A stretch of 34,840 nucleotides of DNA from an uncultured Eubacteriales bacterium. GTDB lineage: Bacteria; Bacillota; Clostridia; Christensenellales; CAG-917. The notes under the pieces were generated by a model. That model saw only the letters and a list, made by a program, of their open reading frames with translations. It was not told the origin of the DNA and did no database searches. This document shows positions 1 to 8,087 of the stretch, piece by piece. How positions within the stretch are numbered: the stretch's first letter is position 1; every line of letters begins with the position of its first letter. The stretch lies in contig URTQ01000001.1 of NCBI GenBank assembly GCA_900550855.1, forward strand, positions 1-34,840. Direction: 5' to 3'. The translations under genes were made by a program, and so were the position numbers.

Positions 1-54
1 ACGGCTTGAATCAAAACCCAGTGTACTGACGTACACGATTTTGAGGCAAGCCGT
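1..54 (-). terminator. Long imperfect hairpin 35 nt downstream of the gap stop. It may be a terminator, but any U-tract would lie off-window.
   Basis: ACGGCTTG (1-8) pairs with CAAGCCGT (47-54). Inner stems are CAAAA/TTTTG and GTGTAC-TGAC-GTACAC (21-36). The element is cut by the window edge. Confidence 0.3.
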
Positions 55-88
55 GCCTGACAAAGTTATTCGCTAAATAGCGCAGTTT

Positions 89-1141
89 TTACTTGAGTTC
101 AGAGAAGTACTTGATAGTACGAACCATTTGAGAAGTGTAGCTGTTCTCGTTGTCGTACCAAGAAACGACTTGAACTTGGCTGTTGCCGTCTTCCATCGGT
201 GCAACCATAGTTTGAGTTGCGTCGAAGATTGAACCGAAGCGGCTGCCGATGATGTCGGAAGACACGATTTGGTCGGTGTTGTAACCGAAGGATTCGGTTG
301 CGGCTGCTTTCATTGCTGCGTTGATTCCGTCAACGGTGACGTGACCTTTAACGACTGCGACGAGAATGGTTGTAGAACCAGTCGGGGTGGGAACGCGTTG
401 TGCAGAACCGATGAGTTTGCCGTTGAGTTCGGGGATAACGAGACCGATTGCTTTTGCAGCGCCGGTGCTGTTGGGAACGATGTTGATTGCAGCAGCGCGG
501 CTTCTTCTCAAATCGCCCTTTCTTTGAGGTCCGTCAAGAGGCATTTGGTCGCCGGTGTATGCGTGAACCGTGGTCATAATACCGCTCATAATGGGTGCAT
601 AATCGTTGAGAGCCTTTGCCATAGGTGCGAGGCAGTTGGTCGTGCAACTTGCAGCGGAAATGATGTTGTCGGTTGCTTTCAAAGTGGTGTGGTTGACGTT
701 GTAGACGATTGTGGGAAGATCGTTGCCTGCGGGTGCGGAAATGACGACCTTGCGTGCGCCTGCGTCGATGTGCGCTTGTGCTTTTGCTTTGGATGTATAG
801 AAACCGGTGCATTCCAAAACGACGTCAACGCCGAGTTCGCCCCAGGGAAGTTCCGCCGCTTTTGCTTTTGCGTAGATAGTGATCTTCTTGCCGTCCACTA
901 CGATGTAGCCGTCTTCTTTGATCGTGCCGTCTTCGTTGAGAACTGCTTCACAGCTTTCTACCGTGTGAGAATTTGCATAGTTGCCTTGTGTCGAGTCGTA
1001 TTTGAGAAGATGAGCGAGCATCTTGGGGCTTGTGAGGTCGTTGATAGCGACAATTTCATAACCCTCTGCACCGAACATTTGTCTGAAAGCAAGACGTCCG
1101 ATACGACCAAAACCGTTGATAGCGACTTTTACGTTTGCCAT
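89..1141 (-). CDS. gap: Glyceraldehyde-3-phosphate dehydrogenase, type I
   Basis: The ORF 89..1171 carries the NAD motif [11 protein letters not shown] and the catalytic SCTTNC. The start was trimmed to the ATG at 1141 ([10 protein letters not shown]), which lies 8 nt after GGAGG (1150-1154 on the minus strand). Confidence 0.95.
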   Translation of the reverse strand: MANVKVAINGFGRIGRLAFRQMFGAEGYEIVAINDLTSPKMLAHLLKYDSTQGNYANSHTVESCEAVLNEDGTIKEDGYIVVDGKKITIYAKAKAAELPWGELGVDVVLECTGFYTSKAKAQAHIDAGARKVVISAPAGNDLPTIVYNVNHTTLKATDNIISAASCTTNCLAPMAKALNDYAPIMSGIMTTVHAYTGDQMPLDGPQRKGDLRRSRAAAINIVPNSTGAAKAIGLVIPELNGKLIGSAQRVPTPTGSTTILVAVVKGHVTVDGINAAMKAAATESFGYNTDQIVSSDIIGSRFGSIFDATQTMVAPMEDGNSQVQVVSWYDNENSYTSQMVRTIKYFSELK

Positions 1142-1199
1142 TATAAATTCCTCCATAAAGGTGTATTCCAAATATTAGTCGGATTTTCCAACCGCCATT

Positions 1200-1228
1200 A
1201 TTTTACAATTATTATAAGAAATATGCAA
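1200..1228 (-). promoter_or_regulatory. Candidate sigma-70-type promoter for gap
   Basis: On the minus strand, TTGCAT (1228..1223), a 17-nt spacer, then TAAAAT (1205..1200), about 60 nt upstream of the gap ATG. Confidence 0.4.
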
Positions 1229-1309
1229 CTATAATTTGCGTATTTTTTTATCGACATCGATATATGTTTCCATACGTCCGCACGTTTTTTCGTACGCTTG
1301 TTTGCAAAT

Positions 1310-2389
1310 TCAGTCCGCAAGGAAGGTCGGCTTGCCGTAAACGGCGACGCTGATAAAGTCGACGGGCCACACGAACACGAACAGCGCAAAGGACAAAATT
1401 CCGGTGATAAGCGTGTGACATTGCCTCGTTTGCGAGTATTTCGCAAAGCGATATATATAAGTCAACGCCCAACCCAAAAGCGTTTCCACGACGAGTTTTA
1501 CGATGAGCGGCATTTGGTCGAACTTGTCCGTAAGCGGCAAGTTCGAATCGTCGTACTCGACGGGCAATGCCATTACGAACGTGCTTCCCTTGCCCTTTTT
1601 GCTCTTTACGCTCACTCTGCCGCCGTGCTCTTTCATAATCTCGCGCACGACGTAAAGCCCGACGCCCTGACTGTTTCCGTTAGAGCGCGACTTGTCCTCG
1701 GTGTAGAACTGGTCGAAAACGTAAGGCAAACTTTCTTTGGATATACCTATGCCCTTGTCCTTTACCGACAGAATAAACTCTCTGCCCCTCTTTCGCGCGG
1801 TGATTTTGACGACGCTTTTTTCGGGCGAATACTTGACGGCGTTGGACACGAGGTTTTGCACCACTCTTTCCATTTGCCTTTCGTCCACTCTAACGTTGAC
1901 GTCGGGGATTTTGCCGACTTTGAGTTTTATATTCTTCGCCGTTGCGAGCGGACGAAGTTTCTCGATGATTTTGCCGAACATATTTTTAGTCGCGTGCAGC
2001 GTTTTATGCTCGGATTGTTTTTTGATTTCGGCGTTTGAGGATTCCACCATACCGATGACCATCTCGTTCATCTGCTGTGCCTTTTGAATGATGAGCGCGG
2101 GATAATCTTTGTCGTCCATCCCGTCGGACATACACTCGGCGTATCCCGAAATTATGGCGAGCGGCGTTTTCATATCGTGCGCCACCGAAGCGATGGACTT
2201 GTTCGTTTTCGTGGATGTTTCCGTTATGCCGTCTTTCAGTTTGAGCATAGAAAGTCTGAGCGATTCAAGCCTCGTGCAAATAGCGTGGTATTCGCCGAAT
2301 CCCCACGACCTGACGGGCGAATACAAATCGCCTTCTTGAAAACGTGCGAGCGTTTTTTCTATTTCTACGATTTCCTTTTTGTTCAACAT
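1310..2389 (-). CDS. Sensor histidine kinase: partial HAMP, HisKA and HATPase_c domains, with a hydrophobic C-terminal tail
   Basis: H-box SVAHDMKTPLAIISGY, N-box NLVSNAVKYSP, G-boxes DKGIGI and GVGLYVVREI. There is no N-terminal TM segment. The last ~70 aa contain two hydrophobic stretches. Confidence 0.85.
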   Translation of the reverse strand: MLNKKEIVEIEKTLARFQEGDLYSPVRSWGFGEYHAICTRLESLRLSMLKLKDGITETSTKTNKSIASVAHDMKTPLAIISGYAECMSDGMDDKDYPALIIQKAQQMNEMVIGMVESSNAEIKKQSEHKTLHATKNMFGKIIEKLRPLATAKNIKLKVGKIPDVNVRVDERQMERVVQNLVSNAVKYSPEKSVVKITARKRGREFILSVKDKGIGISKESLPYVFDQFYTEDKSRSNGNSQGVGLYVVREIMKEHGGRVSVKSKKGKGSTFVMALPVEYDDSNLPLTDKFDQMPLIVKLVVETLLGWALTYIYRFAKYSQTRQCHTLITGILSFALFVFVWPVDFISVAVYGKPTFLAD

Positions 2390-2455
2390 AGAGCGTTTAA
2401 CCTCGCTTTTCGTGCGTATAAAACCTCTGTTTTGCGCATTAGCGGCAAATCCTCG

Positions 2456-3129
2456 TCAATCTTGCCACTTGTAGCCGAGTCCCCAAACGGTGACGACGTT
2501 GTTGATTCCCGCCTTCGAAAGTTTGTCGCGAAGACGCGCGATAGTCACGGCAACGGTGTTTTCGTCGATGTACTCGTCAACGCCCCATACGTCGTCGATA
2601 AGTTTTTGTTTGGGCATAATCTGATTCTCGTGAATGGTGAGATAGTCGAGAATTTTGAACTCTTTTGCAGTGAGATTGAGCGGTTCGCCGTCCGCTTTCG
2701 CCTCGAATCTCGTGGACGAAATCATAAGTTTTCCGTAGTGTCTGTCCCCCGACGGCACTGCGTTGAACTCGTAATAACGTCTGAGTTGCGCGCCGACTCT
2801 CATAACCATTTCTTTGAACGAAAACGGCTTTGTTATGTAGTCGTCCGCGCCGAGGTCGAACATACGCACCTTGTCTTCTTCGGCAACCTTTGCCGACACG
2901 ACGATGATAGGCATCGTCATCGTTTGGCGCAAGGTTTCACACACTGCAAATCCGTCGATTTTGGCATCATAATATCCAAAAGCGCAAGGTCGGGTTTTAT
3001 CTCGTTTGCAATTTGCAACGCTTGCGCGCCGTCGAACGCCTGATACACTTCGTGTCCCGCTTTTTCGAGATAACTTTTCATCATATCGGATATTTCGACG
3101 TTGTCCTCTGCAATAAGTATCTTTCTCAT
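2456..3129 (-). pseudogene. OmpR/PhoB-family response regulator, split by a 1-nt frameshift in a homopolymer (or an assembly error)
   Basis: ORF 2917..3135 gives the receiver N-terminus (MRKILIAEDN...LALLDIMMPK). ORF 2456..2944 gives the rest (CETLRQ..MPIIVVSAK..DDYITKPF) plus a winged-helix C-terminus (TVWGLGYKW). Adding one A to the A4 run (plus-strand TTTT at 2959-2962) restores MPKIDGFAVCETLR. The likely start is the ATG at 3129, after AAGAGG. Confidence 0.8.
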
Positions 3130-3191
3130 AAACACCTCTTGATTTATCTAACCGTATTGTACAATATATTTTTGCTTATTTCCACACTTTT

Positions 3192-4076
3192 TTACACGCC
3201 GTATTCGTTTGCGGCGATTTTCTTGCTCGCTTCGGCAAAGTATCTCGCGTACGCCTTTTTGCAATACCGCGCGTGTTTGTCCTTTTGCGGCGTTTGGGGT
3301 GCTTTGAAAGAGTACTTTCCGTTCACTCGCCAGCCGTTGAGTATGCCTATATCGAAAGCGTCGCGCGGACAGTTGAACGAGCATCTCGTACACATAACGC
3401 AATCGTTTCCGAAAGTGAATTTCCCGTTTTCGTCGATTTTGATGTTACCTACGGGGCAGTTTTTCGCACACGCGCCGCAGTTTATGCACTTGTCGGAATC
3501 CACCTCGAAAAAGCGTCCGTTGACTTTCATTGCAGGCTGTTCTATGCGCACTACCCACGCAACGAAACGTCCGAAAGGCACTTTTGCGAGTTTATGCTCG
3601 ACGCCGCAAATCACTTCCCTCGCCTCTATGGGCGCAAGTTTGTCAAGCGTGCCTTTCATCTTTGCCGCCATGTCGTCGGTGTGACGGAAAATCATATTGT
3701 ACGGCATAACGTAGTGATATTCACTTCCCGCAACGTAGCCTTTTTTCTTCATTATATCGTTGAATTTAATTGAAGAAACGTTGTTGATTTTGAGAGGTTC
3801 GCCCGACGTTTTGACGACGAAATATCCCTTCTTTTCGTTTGCTTTCGGCAACGCTTTTGCAAGGTCGAGCATAATGTACGGCGCGTTGAATCCGTGTATG
3901 GGGTAAGCAAAGCCCACAAGGTCGAAATCGTTTGGATTCGGCAAGTTTTCAAAGCCTTTTCTCACGCTGTACAGCGTGGTTTCGATTCCGAATTTTTCAA
4001 ACTCGCTCTTATATATATCGCACGCTTTTTTGGTGTTTCCCGTTCCCGAAAAAACGTAAATTATCGCATTTTTCAT
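3192..4076 (-). CDS. Flavodoxin-like domain fused to a 2x[4Fe-4S] ferredoxin domain (EFR1-type ferredoxin family)
   Basis: The N-terminus IIYVFSGTGNTKKA is a flavodoxin-type phosphate loop. Two cluster motifs are present: CINCGACAKNCP and CVMCTRCSFNCP. SD AAAGAGGTG precedes the ATG at 4076. Confidence 0.8.
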   Translation of the reverse strand: MKNAIIYVFSGTGNTKKACDIYKSEFEKFGIETTLYSVRKGFENLPNPNDFDLVGFAYPIHGFNAPYIMLDLAKALPKANEKKGYFVVKTSGEPLKINNVSSIKFNDIMKKKGYVAGSEYHYVMPYNMIFRHTDDMAAKMKGTLDKLAPIEAREVICGVEHKLAKVPFGRFVAWVVRIEQPAMKVNGRFFEVDSDKCINCGACAKNCPVGNIKIDENGKFTFGNDCVMCTRCSFNCPRDAFDIGILNGWRVNGKYSFKAPQTPQKDKHARYCKKAYARYFAEASKKIAANEYGV

Positions 4077-4094
4077 ATTCGCACCTCTTTTGGT

Positions 4095-5663
4095 TCAGTA
4101 TTGCGTGTATCTCGCAACGTGGTTTTGGTCGTAATAATAGGTCGTATTCTCGCCTTTTGCGTGGGTGTCGTACCAGATTTGAGCATAAAACGGCATAAAT
4201 TTGGACAGCCTGTCATAATCCCACGGACTCGGTTGACAACATTCGGGACACCAGTGCCCCGCTTTGAGAATTGTGTACGGCGACGCCCAAAAACGATGTC
4301 CGTCGTGACATTCCCATTCGAGTTTCGTGTACAAATCGCCCTTCGTCATACTCGTAGAAACGCACTTACCGCCTCTAAAAGCCGCCGCCGATTGCATATC
4401 TTCGATGTCGAGTTCCTCGTCGGGTTTGCTTTCGTCATAGCCGTGGTCGAGGATATAGCCGTGTTCTTTCAACTTGGTTATGTCGCGCATATCGTCGTAA
4501 TCGACGTCGCCGTCCGCAAGTTGTCCGTGCGCAAGGACGGGGAATTTATCCCAGTCGCTCGGCAAACACTTCAAGTTTTCCTTGCTTCCGAAAAACGCCT
4601 TGACCTTGCCTGCCTGATTCGTTTTGACCCAGTATCTCGGCGCATTGTCGTCTTTGAGCAGTCTTTCGATTGCGAATTTCGACACGAGTTTTGCAGGCAC
4701 GAGTTTGCCGAGTCTGTAATATCCATGCGTTGAAAGTATCTCTTGCCAGTAAGTTTTCACGTCCTCGTGCTGAAAATCGAAATAATCGTTGAGGATATGG
4801 CTGTCCTCGAACCACATACAATGAAAATTGCGGATTGAATTCCACTCGGGTTTCATATACTTTTTCGTCGAACCGCCGATAATCTTGAATCCCTCGTCGA
4901 ACGTGTCGTAACCCGTAACTCTGTTGCACGCGCCGCCGCCGATGTTGTAGCACTTCTTCCAGAACTTGTCTTCGAGTTCGCCCTTTGAGTCCTTTTCCAC
5001 GAGTCTGCGCATCAAAAGTCCGCTGTCGCGCGCCGTAACCCACTCTATCGGCGCGTTGAAGCAGGTGTGAAACATCAATCCGTCTTTCATATTGTTGGTG
5101 AGCATTCTGTTGTGAAGCATACCCGTCTGACGAAGCACCGCCCATTGCTTTACGTCGCTGTCGAGAACGTATCTCTCGCCCTTGATTTTGCTTGCAGAAT
5201 ACTCGTCGTAGGTGCTGGATATGAGCGGGTCGCCCACCCTGCCCCACGGGTGCTTATAGTTGCGGTTGCCGTATATCGCAACGGTGGAAATATGCACGAG
5301 TTTCGGCTGATTTTCCTTTATCTCGGACACCGAATCCACGATATTCATTGCGCCTATGCGGTTACATCTGTCCGTAAGCACGGGATAATGGTCGGCAGTC
5401 GGCGGAATGACCGCGGCGAGATTGAGAACGTAATCGCTGTTTGCCACGAGTTTTCTGCAATCGTCGATTTCCGCAATATCGCCGAAAATAACCTCGATTT
5501 TGTTTCCGTATTTGCGCTTCCATTCCTTTGCGCACTTGCGCTCTCGCCTCTCGTTCAAAAGCAAAACTTTGATTTTTTCCACGACGTCGCTTTCCATAAG
5601 TTGAGCGACCGTTTCAAGTCCCATATTTCCGCTTGCGCCGATGATTGCAACGATTTTTTTCAT
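4095..5663 (-). CDS. Extended-SDR / NAD-dependent epimerase-dehydratase family protein with a long C-terminal extension ending in a zinc ribbon
   Basis: Rossmann motif IIGASGNMG and catalytic YSASK (YxxxK). The C-terminus has LEWECHDGHRFWASPYTILKAGHWCPEC. The start was trimmed to the ATG at 5663 (MKKIVAIIG), after AGGAAGGTGG. Confidence 0.75.
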   Translation of the reverse strand: MKKIVAIIGASGNMGLETVAQLMESDVVEKIKVLLLNERRERKCAKEWKRKYGNKIEVIFGDIAEIDDCRKLVANSDYVLNLAAVIPPTADHYPVLTDRCNRIGAMNIVDSVSEIKENQPKLVHISTVAIYGNRNYKHPWGRVGDPLISSTYDEYSASKIKGERYVLDSDVKQWAVLRQTGMLHNRMLTNNMKDGLMFHTCFNAPIEWVTARDSGLLMRRLVEKDSKGELEDKFWKKCYNIGGGACNRVTGYDTFDEGFKIIGGSTKKYMKPEWNSIRNFHCMWFEDSHILNDYFDFQHEDVKTYWQEILSTHGYYRLGKLVPAKLVSKFAIERLLKDDNAPRYWVKTNQAGKVKAFFGSKENLKCLPSDWDKFPVLAHGQLADGDVDYDDMRDITKLKEHGYILDHGYDESKPDEELDIEDMQSAAAFRGGKCVSTSMTKGDLYTKLEWECHDGHRFWASPYTILKAGHWCPECCQPSPWDYDRLSKFMPFYAQIWYDTHAKGENTTYYYDQNHVARYTQY

Positions 5664-5772
5664 ATATGCCACCTTCCTTTTGTTTACGCATATATTATCG
5701 CACCCCGCCCCTGCCGAAGTCTTGACAAAAACCTTACACTTTCGCCGTTATCCGCCCGACTTTTCCGCATTT

Positions 5773-5794
5773 TGTAAGAATTGTGTAAGAAATG
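5773..5794. repeat. Tandem 11-bp direct repeat, a candidate response-regulator binding site
   Basis: TGTAAGAATTG (5773-5783) is followed directly by TGTAAGAAATG (5784-5794), 10/11 identical. It lies about 110 nt upstream of the SDR gene start on the minus strand. Confidence 0.3.
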
Positions 5795-5823
5795 AAAAAT
5801 TCGGCGCAAGCACCGAATTTTTC
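5795..5823 (-). terminator. Rho-independent terminator after the TM2-domain gene; its symmetry makes it potentially bidirectional
   Basis: Stem AATTCGG (5798-5804) pairs with CCGAATT (5813-5819), flanked by an A-run and a T-run. On the minus strand the hairpin is followed by TTTTTCATTTCTT. Confidence 0.6.
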
Positions 5824-5845
5824 GTGAGGATTTTTTATATTGACT

Positions 5846-6196
5846 TTACGCAATATACTCTTTGGGTTTCGTTGCAATGGCGATAATGTCAACGAGCCAA
5901 CCTATACACCACAACCCTAACGTAAACATATACAAAACGCCCATTCCCGTTTTGCCCTCGTAGAACTTGTGCAAGCCGAACCAGCCGCCGAAAATCGCCA
6001 TCGGCAACGCTACGCTTTTCTTGCACTTCTTTCCTTTTTCCACAACGGCAACGCCTTGATTGCTTTGTTGCACCACGTTGTTTATAACGATACTCGGTTG
6101 CGGTTTCGCCTCAACGCTTTGATTTGCACCGCAAGAAGCACATTTGAACGCTTCATCCGGCATTTCCGCGCCACAATACGAACACTTTTTACTCAT
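5846..6196 (-). CDS. Zinc-ribbon plus TM2-domain membrane protein
   Basis: N-terminus CSYCGAEMPDEAFKCASCGA, then a TM2-like GGWFGLHKFYEGKTGMGVLYMFTLGLWCIGWLVDII. The start was trimmed to the ATG at 6196, after GGAGGG (6202-6207). Confidence 0.75.
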   Translation of the reverse strand: MSKKCSYCGAEMPDEAFKCASCGANQSVEAKPQPSIVINNVVQQSNQGVAVVEKGKKCKKSVALPMAIFGGWFGLHKFYEGKTGMGVLYMFTLGLWCIGWLVDIIAIATKPKEYIA

Positions 6197-6271
6197 TTGT
6201 TCCCTCCATTGTTTACAACATATGTGTTTTATTAACAACATTATACATAATATATGTTGTATTGTCAAGTT

Positions 6272-6475
6272 ATGAAATCATTTGGTGAAAATCTAAAATA
6301 CGAAAGAAAAATTGCAGGCTTAACCCAACAGCAACTTGCAGACAAAATGGGCATAAAGCAACAGCAATTAAGTCGGTGGGAACGTGACGAAATCGAGCCT
6401 GCCGTCAGCAGTATCGTCGCCATAGCAAAGGCGTTGGACGTGAGTTACGACGACCTTTTCGACGGCATCGAATAA
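6272..6475 (+). CDS. XRE-family helix-turn-helix transcriptional regulator
   Basis: MKSFGENLKYERKIAGLTQQQLADKMGIKQQQLSRWERDE is a textbook Cro/C1 HTH. An alternative in-frame ATG sits at 6254. Neither start has a clear SD. Confidence 0.8.
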   Translation: MKSFGENLKYERKIAGLTQQQLADKMGIKQQQLSRWERDEIEPAVSSIVAIAKALDVSYDDLFDGIE

Positions 6476-6500
6476 TTGATGTTACTAATCTTTTTTTTCT

Positions 6501-6527
6501 AAACGGCACACATTATGCCGTTTTTTA
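6501..6527 (+). terminator. Rho-independent terminator of the XRE gene
   Basis: AAACGGCA - loop - TGCCGTTT followed by TTTTTAT. Confidence 0.7.
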
Positions 6528-6532
6528 TTCTC

Positions 6533-6568
6533 GGAAAAAAGAAAATCCACCGATTTATTCGGTGGATT
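6533..6568 (-). terminator. Rho-independent terminator at the end of the alpha operon, after rplQ
   Basis: Stem AATCCACCG (6544-6552) pairs with CGGTGGATT (6560-6568). On the minus strand it is followed by TTTCTTTTTTCC. Confidence 0.7.
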
Positions 6569-6591
6569 CTTTCGTTTTTTCAAAGACTCAA

Positions 6592-7095
6592 TTAGATGAG
6601 TTTGAGGATGCAGGTTTCTGCTGCGTCGCCGCGACGAGTGCCGGTTTTAAGGATACGGGTGTAACCGCCGCCCTGTCCGAGTTCGTTCTTGCGTGCGTCG
6701 TATTTGGGTGCATACTCTTTGAACATCTTTTCGATAAGGGGGTGTTTGGTGTCCTTAATGCGCGCTTTGAATGCGGATTTGGATTCCTTCTCGCCCTTGA
6801 TTTCTTGAAGGTCAACGAGTTCAGCCATAAGTCTGCGGCGTGCGGCAAGTTTCTTAGGACCGTCGTTTGTGAAGACGACTTCTTGCTTTGCGCCCTTTGC
6901 GCCGTCAACGGTCTTTGTGACTTTGACGTCGTCTTGATAGGCTCTCATTGCGATGGTGATGTATTTTTCAGCAAGGCTTCTGACTGCTTTTGCACGGTCA
7001 ACGGTTGTTTCGATTTGACCATACCAAAGAAGTTCGGAAACCTGATTTTTAAGCATAGCCATTCTTTGGTCTGTGCGTTTTCCTAATTTAGACAT
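6592..7095 (-). CDS. rplQ: 50S ribosomal protein L17 (bL17), long form
   Basis: MSKLGKRTDQRMAMLKNQVSELLWYGQIETT at the N-terminus and GGYTRILKTGTRRGDAAETCILKLI at the C-terminus. SD GGAGGA. Canonical position after rpoA. Confidence 0.9.
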   Translation of the reverse strand: MSKLGKRTDQRMAMLKNQVSELLWYGQIETTVDRAKAVRSLAEKYITIAMRAYQDDVKVTKTVDGAKGAKQEVVFTNDGPKKLAARRRLMAELVDLQEIKGEKESKSAFKARIKDTKHPLIEKMFKEYAPKYDARKNELGQGGGYTRILKTGTRRGDAAETCILKLI

Positions 7096-7113
7096 AGTGT
7101 TCCTCCTGTACTC

Positions 7114-8067
7114 TTAGTCCTCTTGTGCCTTCAAGCCGAGGCCGAGATCTTCGAGTTTCTTGACAACTTCTTCGAGTGATTTTCTGCCGAGGTTTCTCAC
7201 TTTGAGCATATCGTCTTCGCTGCGTTTGGTGAGGTCTTCGACGGTGTGGATGTTTGCGCGTTTCAAGCAATTATACGAACGCACCGAGAGATCGAGATCT
7301 TCAACTGACATTTCGAGGACTTTCTTGGTGTCGTCTTTCTTGTCCTCTTTGAGAATATCGTTTTCGTCCATATTTGAAACGAGATTGATGAACAGTTTGA
7401 GATGATCGTTCATAATCTTTGCTGCAAGAGAAGTGATTTCCTTTGCAGAAGTCGTACCGTCGGTGGTCACTTCGAGCGTGAGTTTATCGAAGTCGATGCT
7501 TTGCTCGACACGAGTGCTTTCGACAGCATAATTGACTTTGACGACGGGGGTATAGATAGAATCGATCGGAATATAACCGATGGATTGACGGCTGTCCTTG
7601 TTGCGAGAAGCGGGAACGTAGCCTCTGCCGCAATCGACGAAGATGGTCATATCGATAGACGCGCCCTCGTCCAAAGTGCAAATGACTTGGTCGGTGTTGA
7701 CGACTTCGATACCTGCGGCGCATTGAATGTCGCCTGCGGTGACCGTGCCGACGGTGTTGGCAAAGAGTTTGCATTCTTGCTTACCGGCTTTTTCAAGGCT
7801 GCTGACTGCTTTGAAACGAACAGTTTTGAGGTTGAGGATAATTTCGGTAACTTCCTCTTTTACGCCCTTGATTGTGGAGAATTCGTGATCGACGCCCGCG
7901 ATTTTGATGCCGACTGCTGCGGCACCGGGAAGCGCGGAAAGAAGGATACGGCGCAAGCAGTTGCCGATCGTCGTGCCGAAGCCTCTTTCAAGCGGCTCGA
8001 CGACGAACTTGCAATAATTCTTGCTTTCGTTCTCCATATTTATTTTGGGACTTCTCATTTCCATCAT
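7114..8067 (-). CDS. rpoA: DNA-directed RNA polymerase subunit alpha
   Basis: FVVEPLERGFGTTIGNCLRRILLSALPGAA, and a C-terminal domain with DLDLSVRSYNCLKRANIHTVEDL. SD GGAGGA. Confidence 0.95.
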   Translation of the reverse strand: MMEMRSPKINMENESKNYCKFVVEPLERGFGTTIGNCLRRILLSALPGAAAVGIKIAGVDHEFSTIKGVKEEVTEIILNLKTVRFKAVSSLEKAGKQECKLFANTVGTVTAGDIQCAAGIEVVNTDQVICTLDEGASIDMTIFVDCGRGYVPASRNKDSRQSIGYIPIDSIYTPVVKVNYAVESTRVEQSIDFDKLTLEVTTDGTTSAKEITSLAAKIMNDHLKLFINLVSNMDENDILKEDKKDDTKKVLEMSVEDLDLSVRSYNCLKRANIHTVEDLTKRSEDDMLKVRNLGRKSLEEVVKKLEDLGLGLKAQED

Positions 8068-8087
8068 AACTGTATCCTCCGATCAAA

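Noticed and set aside
1142-1171. N-terminal extensions in the ORF track for gap, rplO, rplF, the CooC-like gene, oppD, the SDR gene, the TM2 gene and tldD
   Set aside because: In each case an internal ATG has a well-spaced GGAGG-type SD and gives the canonical family N-terminus, while the upstream in-frame start lacks an SD. Coordinates were trimmed accordingly.
269-1234. 321-aa plus-strand ORF
   Set aside because: It is antisense to gap, whose identity is unambiguous. The translation is Cys/Val/Asp-rich nonsense.
3155-3166. Perfect 12-bp palindrome TATTGTACAATA 25 nt upstream of the response-regulator start
   Set aside because: It could overlap an internal promoter (TACAAT as a -10), but the -35 match is poor and short A/T palindromes are expected by chance in A/T-rich spacers.
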